A model generated the notes under the pieces. The model was given only the letters and a program-made list of their open reading frames with translations. It did no database searches and was not told where the DNA came from. A program made the position numbers and the translations under genes. This document shows, in pieces, positions 1-8,476 of a stretch of DNA of 64,000 bases (position 1 is its first letter; the number at the start of each line of letters is the position of its first letter). Origin of the DNA: Candidatus Eiseniibacteriota bacterium (lineage in GTDB: Bacteria > Eisenbacteria > RBG-16-71-46 > SZUA-252); NCBI GenBank assembly GCA_005893275.1, contig VBOW01000018.1, forward strand, positions 12,184 to 76,183. Reading direction: 5' to 3'.

Positions 1-26
1 GCCTGATCCCGGATCTCAGGGAGCCC

Positions 27-1640
27 GTGTCCCCCGAGCTTCTCTCCTCGGCGTTACACGACTCTTGCCCCGATGTGGCCATCTCGGCCGCCGAGGCGTT
101 CGCCATCCTGCGCTTCCCGCGCGCCTCCGACATCCTGTCCGAGTGCCTCGCCCTGAGACCCCAGCTCGCCGGGCCCTTGGCGCTCGCCCTGGCGCGGCTC
201 GAGGAATCGGGCGCCGAAGAGCTTCTCGTCGACCGGCTGGGGCAGGGGGATCCCGCGATCCGGATCGCCGTGCTGCGCGCGCTCGGCGCGTGCGGGACGG
301 CGCGCTCGGTGCCGCAGCTCATGGGGCTTCTCGGTTGCGGAGACCCGGTGGTGGAGGGAGAAGCCCTCGCCGCGCTCGTCCGCGTCCGCGAACGCTCTCC
401 GAGCGCGGTGGGAAGGGACGAGATGCCTTCCGACCTGGTGGCAGAGAGGCTTCCGGAGCTCATGACGTCCCAGGATCGCCACCGGCTTCTGACGGGGATC
501 GCGTTGATCGGGTGGCTTCGGCCGCCCGAAGGCCCAGCCCTTCTCCTCGGGCTCCTCGAATCGCCCGACCGGGTGGTGCGCGAGCGGGCGCGGGAGACTT
601 TCGGCGCGGTCGCGGCCGGTGCGGAACGCGCCGCGCTCGAATCGGTCGCGGAGTTCGCGGACCGGCACCCCGCAGCGGCGGCCGCCGCGCTCGACCGGGT
701 CGCGGTGGCCCGCGAGGAGGAATCGCGGTCGCTATGCCTCGGTCTGACGCAGCATCCCGACGCCAAGGTGCGCGAGCGCGCCGTGGCCCTCGCGGGCCGC
801 TCCGGCGGAGCGGGAACGCCCGAGGCGCTTCTCGCGCTTGCCGGGGATCCGGTGGGCCACGTCCGCGCGCAAGCGGCCGAGGCGCTCGGGATTCTGCGCT
901 GGAAGGGGGCGGGGCCGGCGCTCGAAGCGCTCCTGTCCGACCCTTTCCCCGACGTCCGGCAGGCCGCGCTCTCGGCGCTCGGCACCCTCCGGGACCACGA
1001 GGTGGACCCGGAGCGGCTCTTCGAGCGGGCGCGGGGCGCTCCGGCGCGCGCCGCGGCCCTTCGCGCCTGCGACCCGCGCCGGGCGGGCGCCCAGTTTCGG
1101 AGCGCGATCTCCGACCCGGATTCCCAGGTGAGGCTGGCGGCCGCGATGAGCTTGAACGAGCACGGCGTCTGGCTCGAGGAGGCGGCGGCCCTCCTCGCGG
1201 ACGAGGACCCGCGCGTTCGCGCGCATGCGTTGCACGCGCGCCTCAAGGCCTCGCCTGCGCTCGGTCTGGAGCCGCTCGCGGCATTCCTCCGCGACCGAGA
1301 CGAGGGCGTCCGGCAAACGTTCGCCATCGGCCTCGAGCGGGCGACCGGAGTCGAGCGCGGCGTCTGGCTGAGGAGGCTCCTCGGCGACCCCAGCGCCGCG
1401 GTGGGGCGCGCGGCGGCCCGTGCGCTGGCGCATCATCACGATCCGCAGACGATCGGCTCGCTGCTCGACGCCGTCTCGACCGGGCAGCCGGCGGTCGCGG
1501 CGCAGGCGATCGAATCGCTGGGCTCTCTCGGGGCCCCCGAGGCGCTGCCGAGGCTTCGGGCGGTCGCGCGAGGAGGCGATCCCTCGCTGCGGGATCTCGC
1601 CGCCCACGCGATCCGCCGTATCGAGGAGTCGCGCTCGTGA
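27..1640 (+). CDS. HEAT-repeat (PBS-lyase-type) protein, possibly 5' partial
   Basis: Translation shows about a dozen tandem DPxVRxxAxxALG HEAT-like repeats. No in-frame stop upstream back to window position 3, so it may extend beyond the window. 4-nt GTGA overlap with the downstream kinase. Confidence 0.7.
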   Translation: MSPELLSSALHDSCPDVAISAAEAFAILRFPRASDILSECLALRPQLAGPLALALARLEESGAEELLVDRLGQGDPAIRIAVLRALGACGTARSVPQLMGLLGCGDPVVEGEALAALVRVRERSPSAVGRDEMPSDLVAERLPELMTSQDRHRLLTGIALIGWLRPPEGPALLLGLLESPDRVVRERARETFGAVAAGAERAALESVAEFADRHPAAAAAALDRVAVAREEESRSLCLGLTQHPDAKVRERAVALAGRSGGAGTPEALLALAGDPVGHVRAQAAEALGILRWKGAGPALEALLSDPFPDVRQAALSALGTLRDHEVDPERLFERARGAPARAAALRACDPRRAGAQFRSAISDPDSQVRLAAAMSLNEHGVWLEEAAALLADEDPRVRAHALHARLKASPALGLEPLAAFLRDRDEGVRQTFAIGLERATGVERGVWLRRLLGDPSAAVGRAAARALAHHHDPQTIGSLLDAVSTGQPAVAAQAIESLGSLGAPEALPRLRAVARGGDPSLRDLAAHAIRRIEESRS

Positions 1641-2833
1641 GATCGCGGAGCGCGCTCCCGGCGGACGGTGAAGCGTCCGCGCCGAGGCAGCACGCGCTCG
1701 AGGCTGCGTGGAGCTTTCTCCGCCACGCGCCGTTCGGGGTGATCGCGATCGACCGCGATGCCACGGTGCTCGCGATCAACCCCGCCGCATCGAAGCTCCT
1801 CGGATACTCCTCCGAGGAGGTGGAAGGGGAAGCGGTCGCGCGCATCCTGCGCGCGCCGCGCGGCGAGTCGCACGTGCCGCCGGGCGCGTGCGCGGCGCCC
1901 GAGGAGGCGCGCGAGGTGGAAGTCGTCACCCGCTCCGGAGACGTGCTCCCGGTGGGGCTGAGGCTTCTCCCGCTCGAGGCGTTGGACGGGTCGCTTCAAG
2001 GCACGATTGCTCTCTTTCAAGATCTGAGAGAGCAGAAGGCGCTCGAGGAGCAGTGGCGCCGCCGCGACCGGCTCGCCTCGCTGGGTGCCCTCGCGGCGGG
2101 TGTCGCCCACGAGATCCGGAATCCTTTGGCGGGCATCGGCACCTCCGCCCAGGTGATGAAGCGGAGGCTGGAGGTCGGGGATCCGAGAGCGCAGTTCGTG
2201 GACCTGATCCTCGAGGAAGTCTCCCGGCTCGACCGCATCGTCACCGGGCTGCTCCAGTTCGCGCGGCCGGCGACCCCCAAGCTCCAGCGCCAGTCGATGC
2301 TCCCCGCGGTTGAAAAGGCGCTCACGCTCGTCCACGAGGTCGCGGTACGGCAGAACGTGCTCATCCGGGTCGACCGGGCGGACAGCGTTCCCGACGTCTA
2401 CGTGGACCTGGATCAGATCCTACAAGTGATCCTGAACGTGCTCATGAACGCGCTCCAGGCTCTGGACAAGGGCGGAGAGCTGGAGGTTTGGATCGGTCCG
2501 ATTCGCAAGCGGCTCGCCGAACGCTCGTCGCTGGGCCGTCGCGCCGCGGATCGGATCGGAGCCCGGCGCCCGGCCCGGCCGCTCGATCTGGTCGAGGTGC
2601 GGGTGCGCGACAACGGCCCCGGAATTCCGGCCGCCGTGCTGGCGCGCGTCTTCGATCCGTTCTACACGACCCGCACGCAAGGGACCGGGCTCGGCCTCAG
2701 CATCTGCCAGACCATCATCCGGGAGCACGGAGGCTCCATCTCGATCGAAAGCGTGGTCGGGCAGGGGACCCAGGTGCTCATCGACCTACCCGTGGAGAAA
2801 CGACATGGAGACAGGCGCGGTAGTCCTCGCTAA
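1637..2833 (+). CDS. cytoplasmic PAS-domain sensor histidine kinase
   Basis: PAS-like N-terminus. HisKA H-box (AHEIRNPL). HATPase_c N, G1 and G2 motifs (NALQA, DNGPGIP, GTGLGLSI). GTG start at 1637 overlaps the HEAT stop. The 922-aa ORF 65..2833 is a frame shadow over most of its length. Confidence 0.8.
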   Translation: MRSRSALPADGEASAPRQHALEAAWSFLRHAPFGVIAIDRDATVLAINPAASKLLGYSSEEVEGEAVARILRAPRGESHVPPGACAAPEEAREVEVVTRSGDVLPVGLRLLPLEALDGSLQGTIALFQDLREQKALEEQWRRRDRLASLGALAAGVAHEIRNPLAGIGTSAQVMKRRLEVGDPRAQFVDLILEEVSRLDRIVTGLLQFARPATPKLQRQSMLPAVEKALTLVHEVAVRQNVLIRVDRADSVPDVYVDLDQILQVILNVLMNALQALDKGGELEVWIGPIRKRLAERSSLGRRAADRIGARRPARPLDLVEVRVRDNGPGIPAAVLARVFDPFYTTRTQGTGLGLSICQTIIREHGGSISIESVVGQGTQVLIDLPVEKRHGDRRGSPR

Positions 2834-4226
2834 GCAGACCTTCGGAATTCTGGTCGTGGACGACGAGAAGACGCTCCGGTACGCGCTCAAGGAGGGGCTA
2901 TCGGAGGAAGGGTATCGGGTGGAGACGGCGGGGGACGTCGCCGAGGCGCTGGCGCTTCTGGATCGCGAGGAATTCCACCTGGCTCTTCTCGACCAGAAGC
3001 TTCCGGACGGGAGCGGGCTCGAGCTCCTGAGGCAGCTCAAATCGCGGTATCCCGCGATGCAGGTCGTCATCATGACGGCGTTCGGCAAGTTCGAATCCGC
3101 CGTGGAGGCGACCAAGGCGGGCTGCTTCGATTACATCGGGAAGCCCTTCGAGCTCGATCACATGAAGCTCGTGATCCAGAACGCGCTCTCCCAAGTACGG
3201 CTTGCCGAGGAAGTGACCCGCCTGCGCCATGCCGAACGGCGCCGCGCGGGATCGACCCTCATCGTGGGCGGAAGCTCGAAGCTCGCCAAGATCTTCGAAA
3301 CCATCCGAAAGGTCGCGAGCACCGGCACGTCGACCGTCCTCCTGCAGGGGGAGACGGGTGTCGGTAAGGAGCTCCTGGCCCGGGAAATCCACGATTTGGG
3401 GCCGACCCATGATGGCCCCTTCGTCGAGGTGAACTGCAGCGCGTTTCCGGAAAATCTCCTCGAGAGCGAGCTGTTCGGCTACGAGAAGGGGGCCTTCACA
3501 GACGCGAAACGGACCAAGAAGGGCCTCATGGAGCTCGCGAACGGGGGCACGCTCTTCCTGGATGAAATCGGCGAAATGAGTCTCGGACTCCAATCGAAGC
3601 TTTTGCGCGCGCTCGAGATGAAGCGCTTTCGCCGCGTGATGGGCGTGAGCGACATCGTGATCGAAACCCGTGTGTTGGCCGCCACGAACCGCGATTTGAA
3701 GTCGCTCGTGGCGCAGGAGAAATTCCGCGAGGACCTGTACTTCCGGCTCGACGTGATCCGGATCGTCGTTCCGCCGCTCCGCGAGCGGCCGGAGGACATC
3801 CCGCCTCTGATCGACCATTTTGTGGGGCACTGGAACCGGGAGCTGGGACGGAACGTGAAGGGGCCGACCGACCGCGCCCTGGAGCTCCTGCTCGCGTATC
3901 GCTGGCCGGGGAACGTTCGCGAGCTGAGGAACGTGATCGAGCGGGCGATCCTGCTCGAGAGCGAGGAGTGGATTCTTCCGGAGCATCTGCCGGTCGAGAT
4001 CGTGGGCGCGGCGGGGGGCGGGCCCGCGGTGCTCGAGACCCGTCTCAAGGGGGAAGGGGGCATCACCACGCTCGCCCAGGCGGAGCGCATCGCGATCGAG
4101 ATGGCGCTTGGGCAGGCGGGAGGCAACAAGACCAAAGCCGCGGAGTGGCTCGGCATCTCGAGGCAGACCCTGCGCACCAAGCTCAAGGAGTACAGGATCG
4201 AGTCCGTCGCCGGACATGGCGGCTGA
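2805..4226 (+). CDS. sigma-54-dependent Fis-family response regulator (NtrC-like)
   Basis: REC domain (VVDDE...D...K). AAA+ sigma-54 activator motifs (GETGVGKE, ESELFGYEKGAFTDA, Walker B DEIGEM). C-terminal Fis-type HTH. GGAG lies 9 nt before the ATG. Confidence 0.85.
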   Translation: METGAVVLAKQTFGILVVDDEKTLRYALKEGLSEEGYRVETAGDVAEALALLDREEFHLALLDQKLPDGSGLELLRQLKSRYPAMQVVIMTAFGKFESAVEATKAGCFDYIGKPFELDHMKLVIQNALSQVRLAEEVTRLRHAERRRAGSTLIVGGSSKLAKIFETIRKVASTGTSTVLLQGETGVGKELLAREIHDLGPTHDGPFVEVNCSAFPENLLESELFGYEKGAFTDAKRTKKGLMELANGGTLFLDEIGEMSLGLQSKLLRALEMKRFRRVMGVSDIVIETRVLAATNRDLKSLVAQEKFREDLYFRLDVIRIVVPPLRERPEDIPPLIDHFVGHWNRELGRNVKGPTDRALELLLAYRWPGNVRELRNVIERAILLESEEWILPEHLPVEIVGAAGGGPAVLETRLKGEGGITTLAQAERIAIEMALGQAGGNKTKAAEWLGISRQTLRTKLKEYRIESVAGHGG

Positions 4227-5466
4227 ACGAGGCGGCGCCGACCTCGCCCGACGTCCGATCGTGGCGCTCGAGAGGCGCATCGGGGACCTGTTCGGCCTCT
4301 CCCTCAAGGAGTGCACCCCCGAGGGATTGGCCCAGCGGCTCCGTTTCCGAATCCAGGACCGCGCCCTGGACGGCGTCGAAGCCTACGCGGAATACCTCCT
4401 TTACTCCGAAGATCCCGCCGCGTGGGAAGTCCTTGCGGAGACCTTGACCGCGAACGAGTCCCGCGTTTTCGGCATGCCCAGCGATTTCGCGCCGCTCTTC
4501 GAGATCACGTCCGATCCCCAATGGTCACGATACGCGAACCCGGAGGCGGGCCCGTTTCGGTGCCTGAGCGCCGCGTGCGGAACGGGCGAGGAAGCCTACT
4601 CGCTGGCGATCGCCCTCGCCGAGGCGCGCGCTCCGGCGCTCGAGTTCGAGGTGATCGGCGTGGACCTGAGCGCGCGGGCGATCGCGAGCGCGCGCCGGGC
4701 CTCGTATCCGCGCGCGCGCGCCGCCTCCCTTCCAGCGGAGATCCTGCAACGCTACTTTACGGAGCGAGACGGCGAAATCGTCGCGGAGCCCCTCCGGACA
4801 CGCGTCCGCTTCGCGCGGATCAATCTCTGCGAGCCCGATTCGCTCGCGCCACTCGAATCGTTCGATCTCATCCTGGCGCGGGACTTTCTCCCCGCCCTGA
4901 CCGCGGACGGGCGGCGGGCGGCCCTGACGAACCTCTCCCGGGCGCTGAAGCCCGGAGGCGTTCTCGTCCTCGGTCCCGGGGACTCCGTCGGCGAATCGGA
5001 TCTGGGCCTCACGCCCACCCGGTGGGGGGAGCGATACGCGTACGAGAAGCCGGACGCGGAGGCGGGGGCGGTACGCGGCGCCGCCCCCGAGGAAGATCCG
5101 GACCCGAGAATGGCGCTCGTGGCGCACCACTCCTCGCTCGTCCGCGCCTGGGTCCGGATTCTGCTCGAGCAGCGCGGCTTCGCGGTGGACGAGGCCCCGG
5201 ACGGCATTCGGGTGCTCGAGCGGGCGGTGATCGGAAGACCTCCCGGCGTCTATTTGCTCGAGCGGACCCTTCCACCGCAGGGCGGGCCATGGGTCGCCGA
5301 CCGGCTGGCGCGGCTCGGGGCCCCGCGTCCGGTGGTCCTGGCCTTCCTCGCGCCGGGCGGCGGATCCGGATCGGAGGGCGCGCCTCCGAACGAAGGAGCC
5401 CAAGTCATCGAGCTTCCGCTCTCGGGCCGCGATCTCGACGCCGTGCTGCCCCGCCACTTGCCCTGA
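4216..5466 (+). CDS. CheR-type SAM-dependent protein-glutamate methyltransferase with C-terminal pseudo-receiver-like extension
   Basis: CheR N-terminal helical domain plus methyltransferase core (FRCLSAACGTGEEAYSLAIAL). ATG at 4216 overlaps the regulator stop by 11 nt. The last ~140 aa form an extra domain. Confidence 0.65.
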   Translation: MAAERGGADLARRPIVALERRIGDLFGLSLKECTPEGLAQRLRFRIQDRALDGVEAYAEYLLYSEDPAAWEVLAETLTANESRVFGMPSDFAPLFEITSDPQWSRYANPEAGPFRCLSAACGTGEEAYSLAIALAEARAPALEFEVIGVDLSARAIASARRASYPRARAASLPAEILQRYFTERDGEIVAEPLRTRVRFARINLCEPDSLAPLESFDLILARDFLPALTADGRRAALTNLSRALKPGGVLVLGPGDSVGESDLGLTPTRWGERYAYEKPDAEAGAVRGAAPEEDPDPRMALVAHHSSLVRAWVRILLEQRGFAVDEAPDGIRVLERAVIGRPPGVYLLERTLPPQGGPWVADRLARLGAPRPVVLAFLAPGGGSGSEGAPPNEGAQVIELPLSGRDLDAVLPRHLP

Positions 5467-6614
5467 ACCCTTTCGCGTCCATATCCACGCGCGACCCCGT
5501 CGCGCCGCGCGCGGGGACGCTCGTCACGCCTCACGGCGAGGTCCGGACTCCCGCGTTCATGCCGGTTGGAACGCAGGGGAGCGTCAAGGGGCTCTCGCCC
5601 GCCGATCTTCGAGCCTCCGGGACCCAGATCCTGCTCGCGAACACCTACCACCTCATGCTTCGGCCTGGATCGGCCGTGATCCGTGGCCTGGGCGGTCTCC
5701 ACCGGTTCATGGCGTGGGATCGGCCGATCCTGACCGACAGCGGCGGCTATCAGGTGCTGAGCCTGAAAGGCCTCGTGAAGGTGCGCGAGGAAGGGGTCGA
5801 ATTCCGCTCGCATCTCGACGGAGCGCTCGAGTTCCTGACCCCCGAGCGTTCGATGGAGGTGCAGGCGGATCTCGGCTCGGATATCGCCGTCACGCTCGAT
5901 CACGCGGTCCCGCTTCCGCTGGATCCCGCCGCGCAGCGCGAGGCGGGGGAGCGCACGATCCGCTGGACGGAACGCTCGCTCCACCGCGCGCGGGAGCTCG
6001 AGCCCGCCGGCGGAGCGCGCCAGCTCCTCTTCGCGATCGTCCAGGGGGGAGGGGATCCGGCGTTGAGGAAGGAAATGGCGGCGCGGACCTCGGCGTTCGA
6101 ATGCGACGGGTTCGCGATCGGCGGGCTCTCCGTGGGGGAGGAAAAGCGCGAGACATGGGCTCTGGCGCGGGCCGCCGCCGAAGCCCTTCCCGCGGACCGG
6201 CCGCGCTATCTCATGGGGATGGGCACGCCGCTGGATTTGCTCGAGGGGATCGCCTGCGGCATCGACCTCTTCGATTGCGTGCTGCCGACCCGAAACGCCC
6301 GGAACGGGATGGCCTTCACCGCCGCCGGACCGCTCAACATCCGAAACGCCGAGCACGCGGGCTCGGAGCGTCCGCTCGACGCCGGATGCGCGTGCGAAGC
6401 GTGCGCGCTCATGAGCCGCGCCTACCTGCGTCACCTCCACCTCGCGGGTGAGATCCTGGCGCATCGAATGCTGACCTTGCACAACGTCACGTTTTACCAG
6501 ACACTGATGGAAGGCGCCCGCCGCGCGATCGAGCGCGGCCTCTACCACCAATACGCGCGGGAGTTTTCGGAGCGCTACCGCGAACGGGACGGGAACCCTC
6601 CCGCGCCCGCGTGA
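5463..6614 (+). CDS. tgt: queuine tRNA-ribosyltransferase
   Basis: Full-length match to Tgt, including FMPVGT, zinc-site CxCxxC and H-box motifs. No ATG, GTG or TTG lies in frame near the conserved N-terminus. A CTG at 5463 overlaps the cheR-like stop (CTGA). Confidence 0.8.
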   Translation: MNPFASISTRDPVAPRAGTLVTPHGEVRTPAFMPVGTQGSVKGLSPADLRASGTQILLANTYHLMLRPGSAVIRGLGGLHRFMAWDRPILTDSGGYQVLSLKGLVKVREEGVEFRSHLDGALEFLTPERSMEVQADLGSDIAVTLDHAVPLPLDPAAQREAGERTIRWTERSLHRARELEPAGGARQLLFAIVQGGGDPALRKEMAARTSAFECDGFAIGGLSVGEEKRETWALARAAAEALPADRPRYLMGMGTPLDLLEGIACGIDLFDCVLPTRNARNGMAFTAAGPLNIRNAEHAGSERPLDAGCACEACALMSRAYLRHLHLAGEILAHRMLTLHNVTFYQTLMEGARRAIERGLYHQYAREFSERYRERDGNPPAPA

Positions 6615-6631
6615 CCGGAGGAAACAAATCG

Positions 6632-6958
6632 ATGCTCGACGTGGCGTTCGCGCAGGCGACCCAGGCCGCTCCCGAGGCGCCTTCTTCGATGGACCAGATG
6701 ATCCACATGCTCACGCTGCTGGGAATCACGGTGGGGATCGTCTATTTCATGATCATCCGGCCCCAGCAGCGGAAACAGAAGGAAACCGAGGCGATGCGCT
6801 CTTCGATCCGCAAAGGTGACCGGGTTCTCACGACCGGCGGACTCTTTGGCACGGTCGTCGGCGAGAAGGAGGGCATCGTCGTGCTCAAGGTCGCCGACGA
6901 CGTGAAAATGGAGTTCGCGAGGGAATCGATCGTCCAGGTCAAGGAGCGCAGTGGATAA
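6632..6958 (+). CDS. yajC: preprotein translocase subunit YajC
   Basis: Single transmembrane segment plus the conserved YajC core (RPQQRKQKE...GDRVLTTGGLFGTVV). A GGAGGA Shine-Dalgarno sits 9 nt upstream of ATG 6632; an alternative GTG at 6611 overlaps the tgt stop. Confidence 0.8.
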   Translation: MLDVAFAQATQAAPEAPSSMDQMIHMLTLLGITVGIVYFMIIRPQQRKQKETEAMRSSIRKGDRVLTTGGLFGTVVGEKEGIVVLKVADDVKMEFARESIVQVKERSG

Positions 6959-7505
6959 GGGGACGCTCACGCTTCGCTACTATGGGGATCCCATCCTCCG
7001 TCAGAAGGCGGCGCCGGTCGAACGCGTCACGCCGGAGATCCGCGAAGTGATCCGCGCGATGTTCGACTGCATGTACCGCGAGCGCGGGATCGGTCTCGCG
7101 GCGCCACAGGTCGGGATCTCCCAGCGGATCTTCGTGCTGGACGTGGAGCGGGAGTCCGGGGAGCGCTCGAAATTCGCGCTGGTGAACCCGCTCATCAAGG
7201 AATCGTCCGGGAGCATCGTGGGGGAGGAGGGCTGTCTCAGCATCCCGGGGATCCACGCCGACGTGAAGCGCCGCGCCGAGGTGGTCTTCGAGGGCCTCGA
7301 CGAGGGAGGCGCACCCGTTGTGGTCCGGGGCGACGGGCTCCTGGCCCGGGCGCTCCAGCACGAGCTCGACCATCTGGACGGCGTCCTTTTCGTCGACCGG
7401 CTGAGCCCGATCCGGAGAAAGCTCCTCGAGCCGAAACTCGCGCGGATGCAATTCGGCGAGGCCGGGACGGCCGCTCCGAGCGCGAGCGCGTCGCCTTCCT
7501 TCTAG
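6951..7505 (+). CDS. def: peptide deformylase
   Basis: PDF motifs GIGLAAPQ, EGCLS and HELDH. Confidence 0.9.
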   Translation: MDKGTLTLRYYGDPILRQKAAPVERVTPEIREVIRAMFDCMYRERGIGLAAPQVGISQRIFVLDVERESGERSKFALVNPLIKESSGSIVGEEGCLSIPGIHADVKRRAEVVFEGLDEGGAPVVVRGDGLLARALQHELDHLDGVLFVDRLSPIRRKLLEPKLARMQFGEAGTAAPSASASPSF

Positions 7506-7513
7506 CGGGCGGC

Positions 7514-8476
7514 GTGCGCCTCGTCTACTACGGCACGCCCATCCTCGCGGTTCCTCCCCTCCTGCGGCTCATCGAGGACGGCAAACCGCCCTCGCTCGTC
7601 GTGACGCGGCGCGACCGGCCGAGCGGCCGGGGGCTGGCCCTCGCGCCGTCTCCTGTTCGCGCGGCGGCCGAGGCGCGCGGCATCCCGGTCGCGACCCCCG
7701 AGCGCGCGGGCGCACCGGAGGAGATCGAGAGGCTGCGCGCTCTCGCCCCCGACGTGCTCGTGCTCGTCGCGTACGGTCAAATCCTGAGCCCCGGGCTCCT
7801 CCGCCTTCCCAAGATAGGCGCGATCAACGTGCATTTTTCGCTCCTTCCGAGGCATCGCGGCGCCTCTCCGATCCAGGCCGCGATCCTGGCCGGAGATCGC
7901 GAGGCCGGCGTGACCACCATGTGGATGACGGAGAAACTAGACGAGGGGCCCGTCTTCTCGTCCCTCTCGACACCGATCGGACCCGAGGAGGACGCGGGGA
8001 GCTTGGGTGGGCGCCTGGCCGAGCTGGGCGCCCGCTGCCTTTCGGAAACCCTCACCCGGATCGAACGGGGCGAAATCGTGCGGCGGGACCAGGACCCCTC
8101 GCGCGCGACCTACGCGCCGAAGCTCACGCGGGAGGATTCCCGGCTCTTGCTCGCAGACGATCCCGTCCGGTTCACGCGCAAGGTCCGCGCCTTCGCGCCC
8201 GAGCCCGGCGCCTACCTCGAGCTCGAGCGGGAGAGGATCCAGATCCTCTCGGCCGCGCCCGGCTCGATCGGCGCCGAGGCGGGTCCCGGCGAGCCGCCGG
8301 GCTCCGTTCTTGCCCTCCATCGCGAGCGGGGGCTCGCGATCCGCCTCTCGAGCGGCTCGGTCTGGCTCAAGAGCGTGCGCCCGAGCGGGCGGAAGGTGAT
8401 GGACGCCTTCGCCTACGCGAACGGGGCCCGGATCAAACCGGGGGGTATGCTCCCGGTGAAGGACCTCGCGGCATGA
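7514..8476 (+). CDS. fmt: methionyl-tRNA formyltransferase
   Basis: Formyltransferase N-terminal domain (SLLPRHRGASPIQ) and C-terminal domain. Sits in the def-fmt arrangement. Confidence 0.9.
   Translation: MRLVYYGTPILAVPPLLRLIEDGKPPSLVVTRRDRPSGRGLALAPSPVRAAAEARGIPVATPERAGAPEEIERLRALAPDVLVLVAYGQILSPGLLRLPKIGAINVHFSLLPRHRGASPIQAAILAGDREAGVTTMWMTEKLDEGPVFSSLSTPIGPEEDAGSLGGRLAELGARCLSETLTRIERGEIVRRDQDPSRATYAPKLTREDSRLLLADDPVRFTRKVRAFAPEPGAYLELERERIQILSAAPGSIGAEAGPGEPPGSVLALHRERGLAIRLSSGSVWLKSVRPSGRKVMDAFAYANGARIKPGGMLPVKDLAA

Noticed and set aside
65-2833. 922-aa ORF in frame 2
   Set aside because: Only the last ~400 codons (from GTG 1637) show real domain content, namely the histidine kinase. 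The first 520 codons are an Arg/Pro/Gly-rich frame shadow of the HEAT gene, typical of high-GC DNA.
2898-4316. 472-aa minus-strand ORF antisense to the sigma-54 regulator
   Set aside because: No domain content and Arg/Pro/Leu-rich composition. This is an antisense shadow ORF expected in high-GC coding DNA. The same reasoning applies to the minus-strand ORFs 14309..15730, 18707..20476, 28796..31045, 33387..35093, 34912..36456, 42315..44267, 44322..46376, 47528..49297, 48708..50945 and 56678..58402.
4311-6614. 767-aa ORF spanning cheR and tgt
   Set aside because: The N-terminal half is a low-complexity Arg/Pro shadow over the CheR-like gene. Only the Tgt-homologous part (from about 5463) is genuine.
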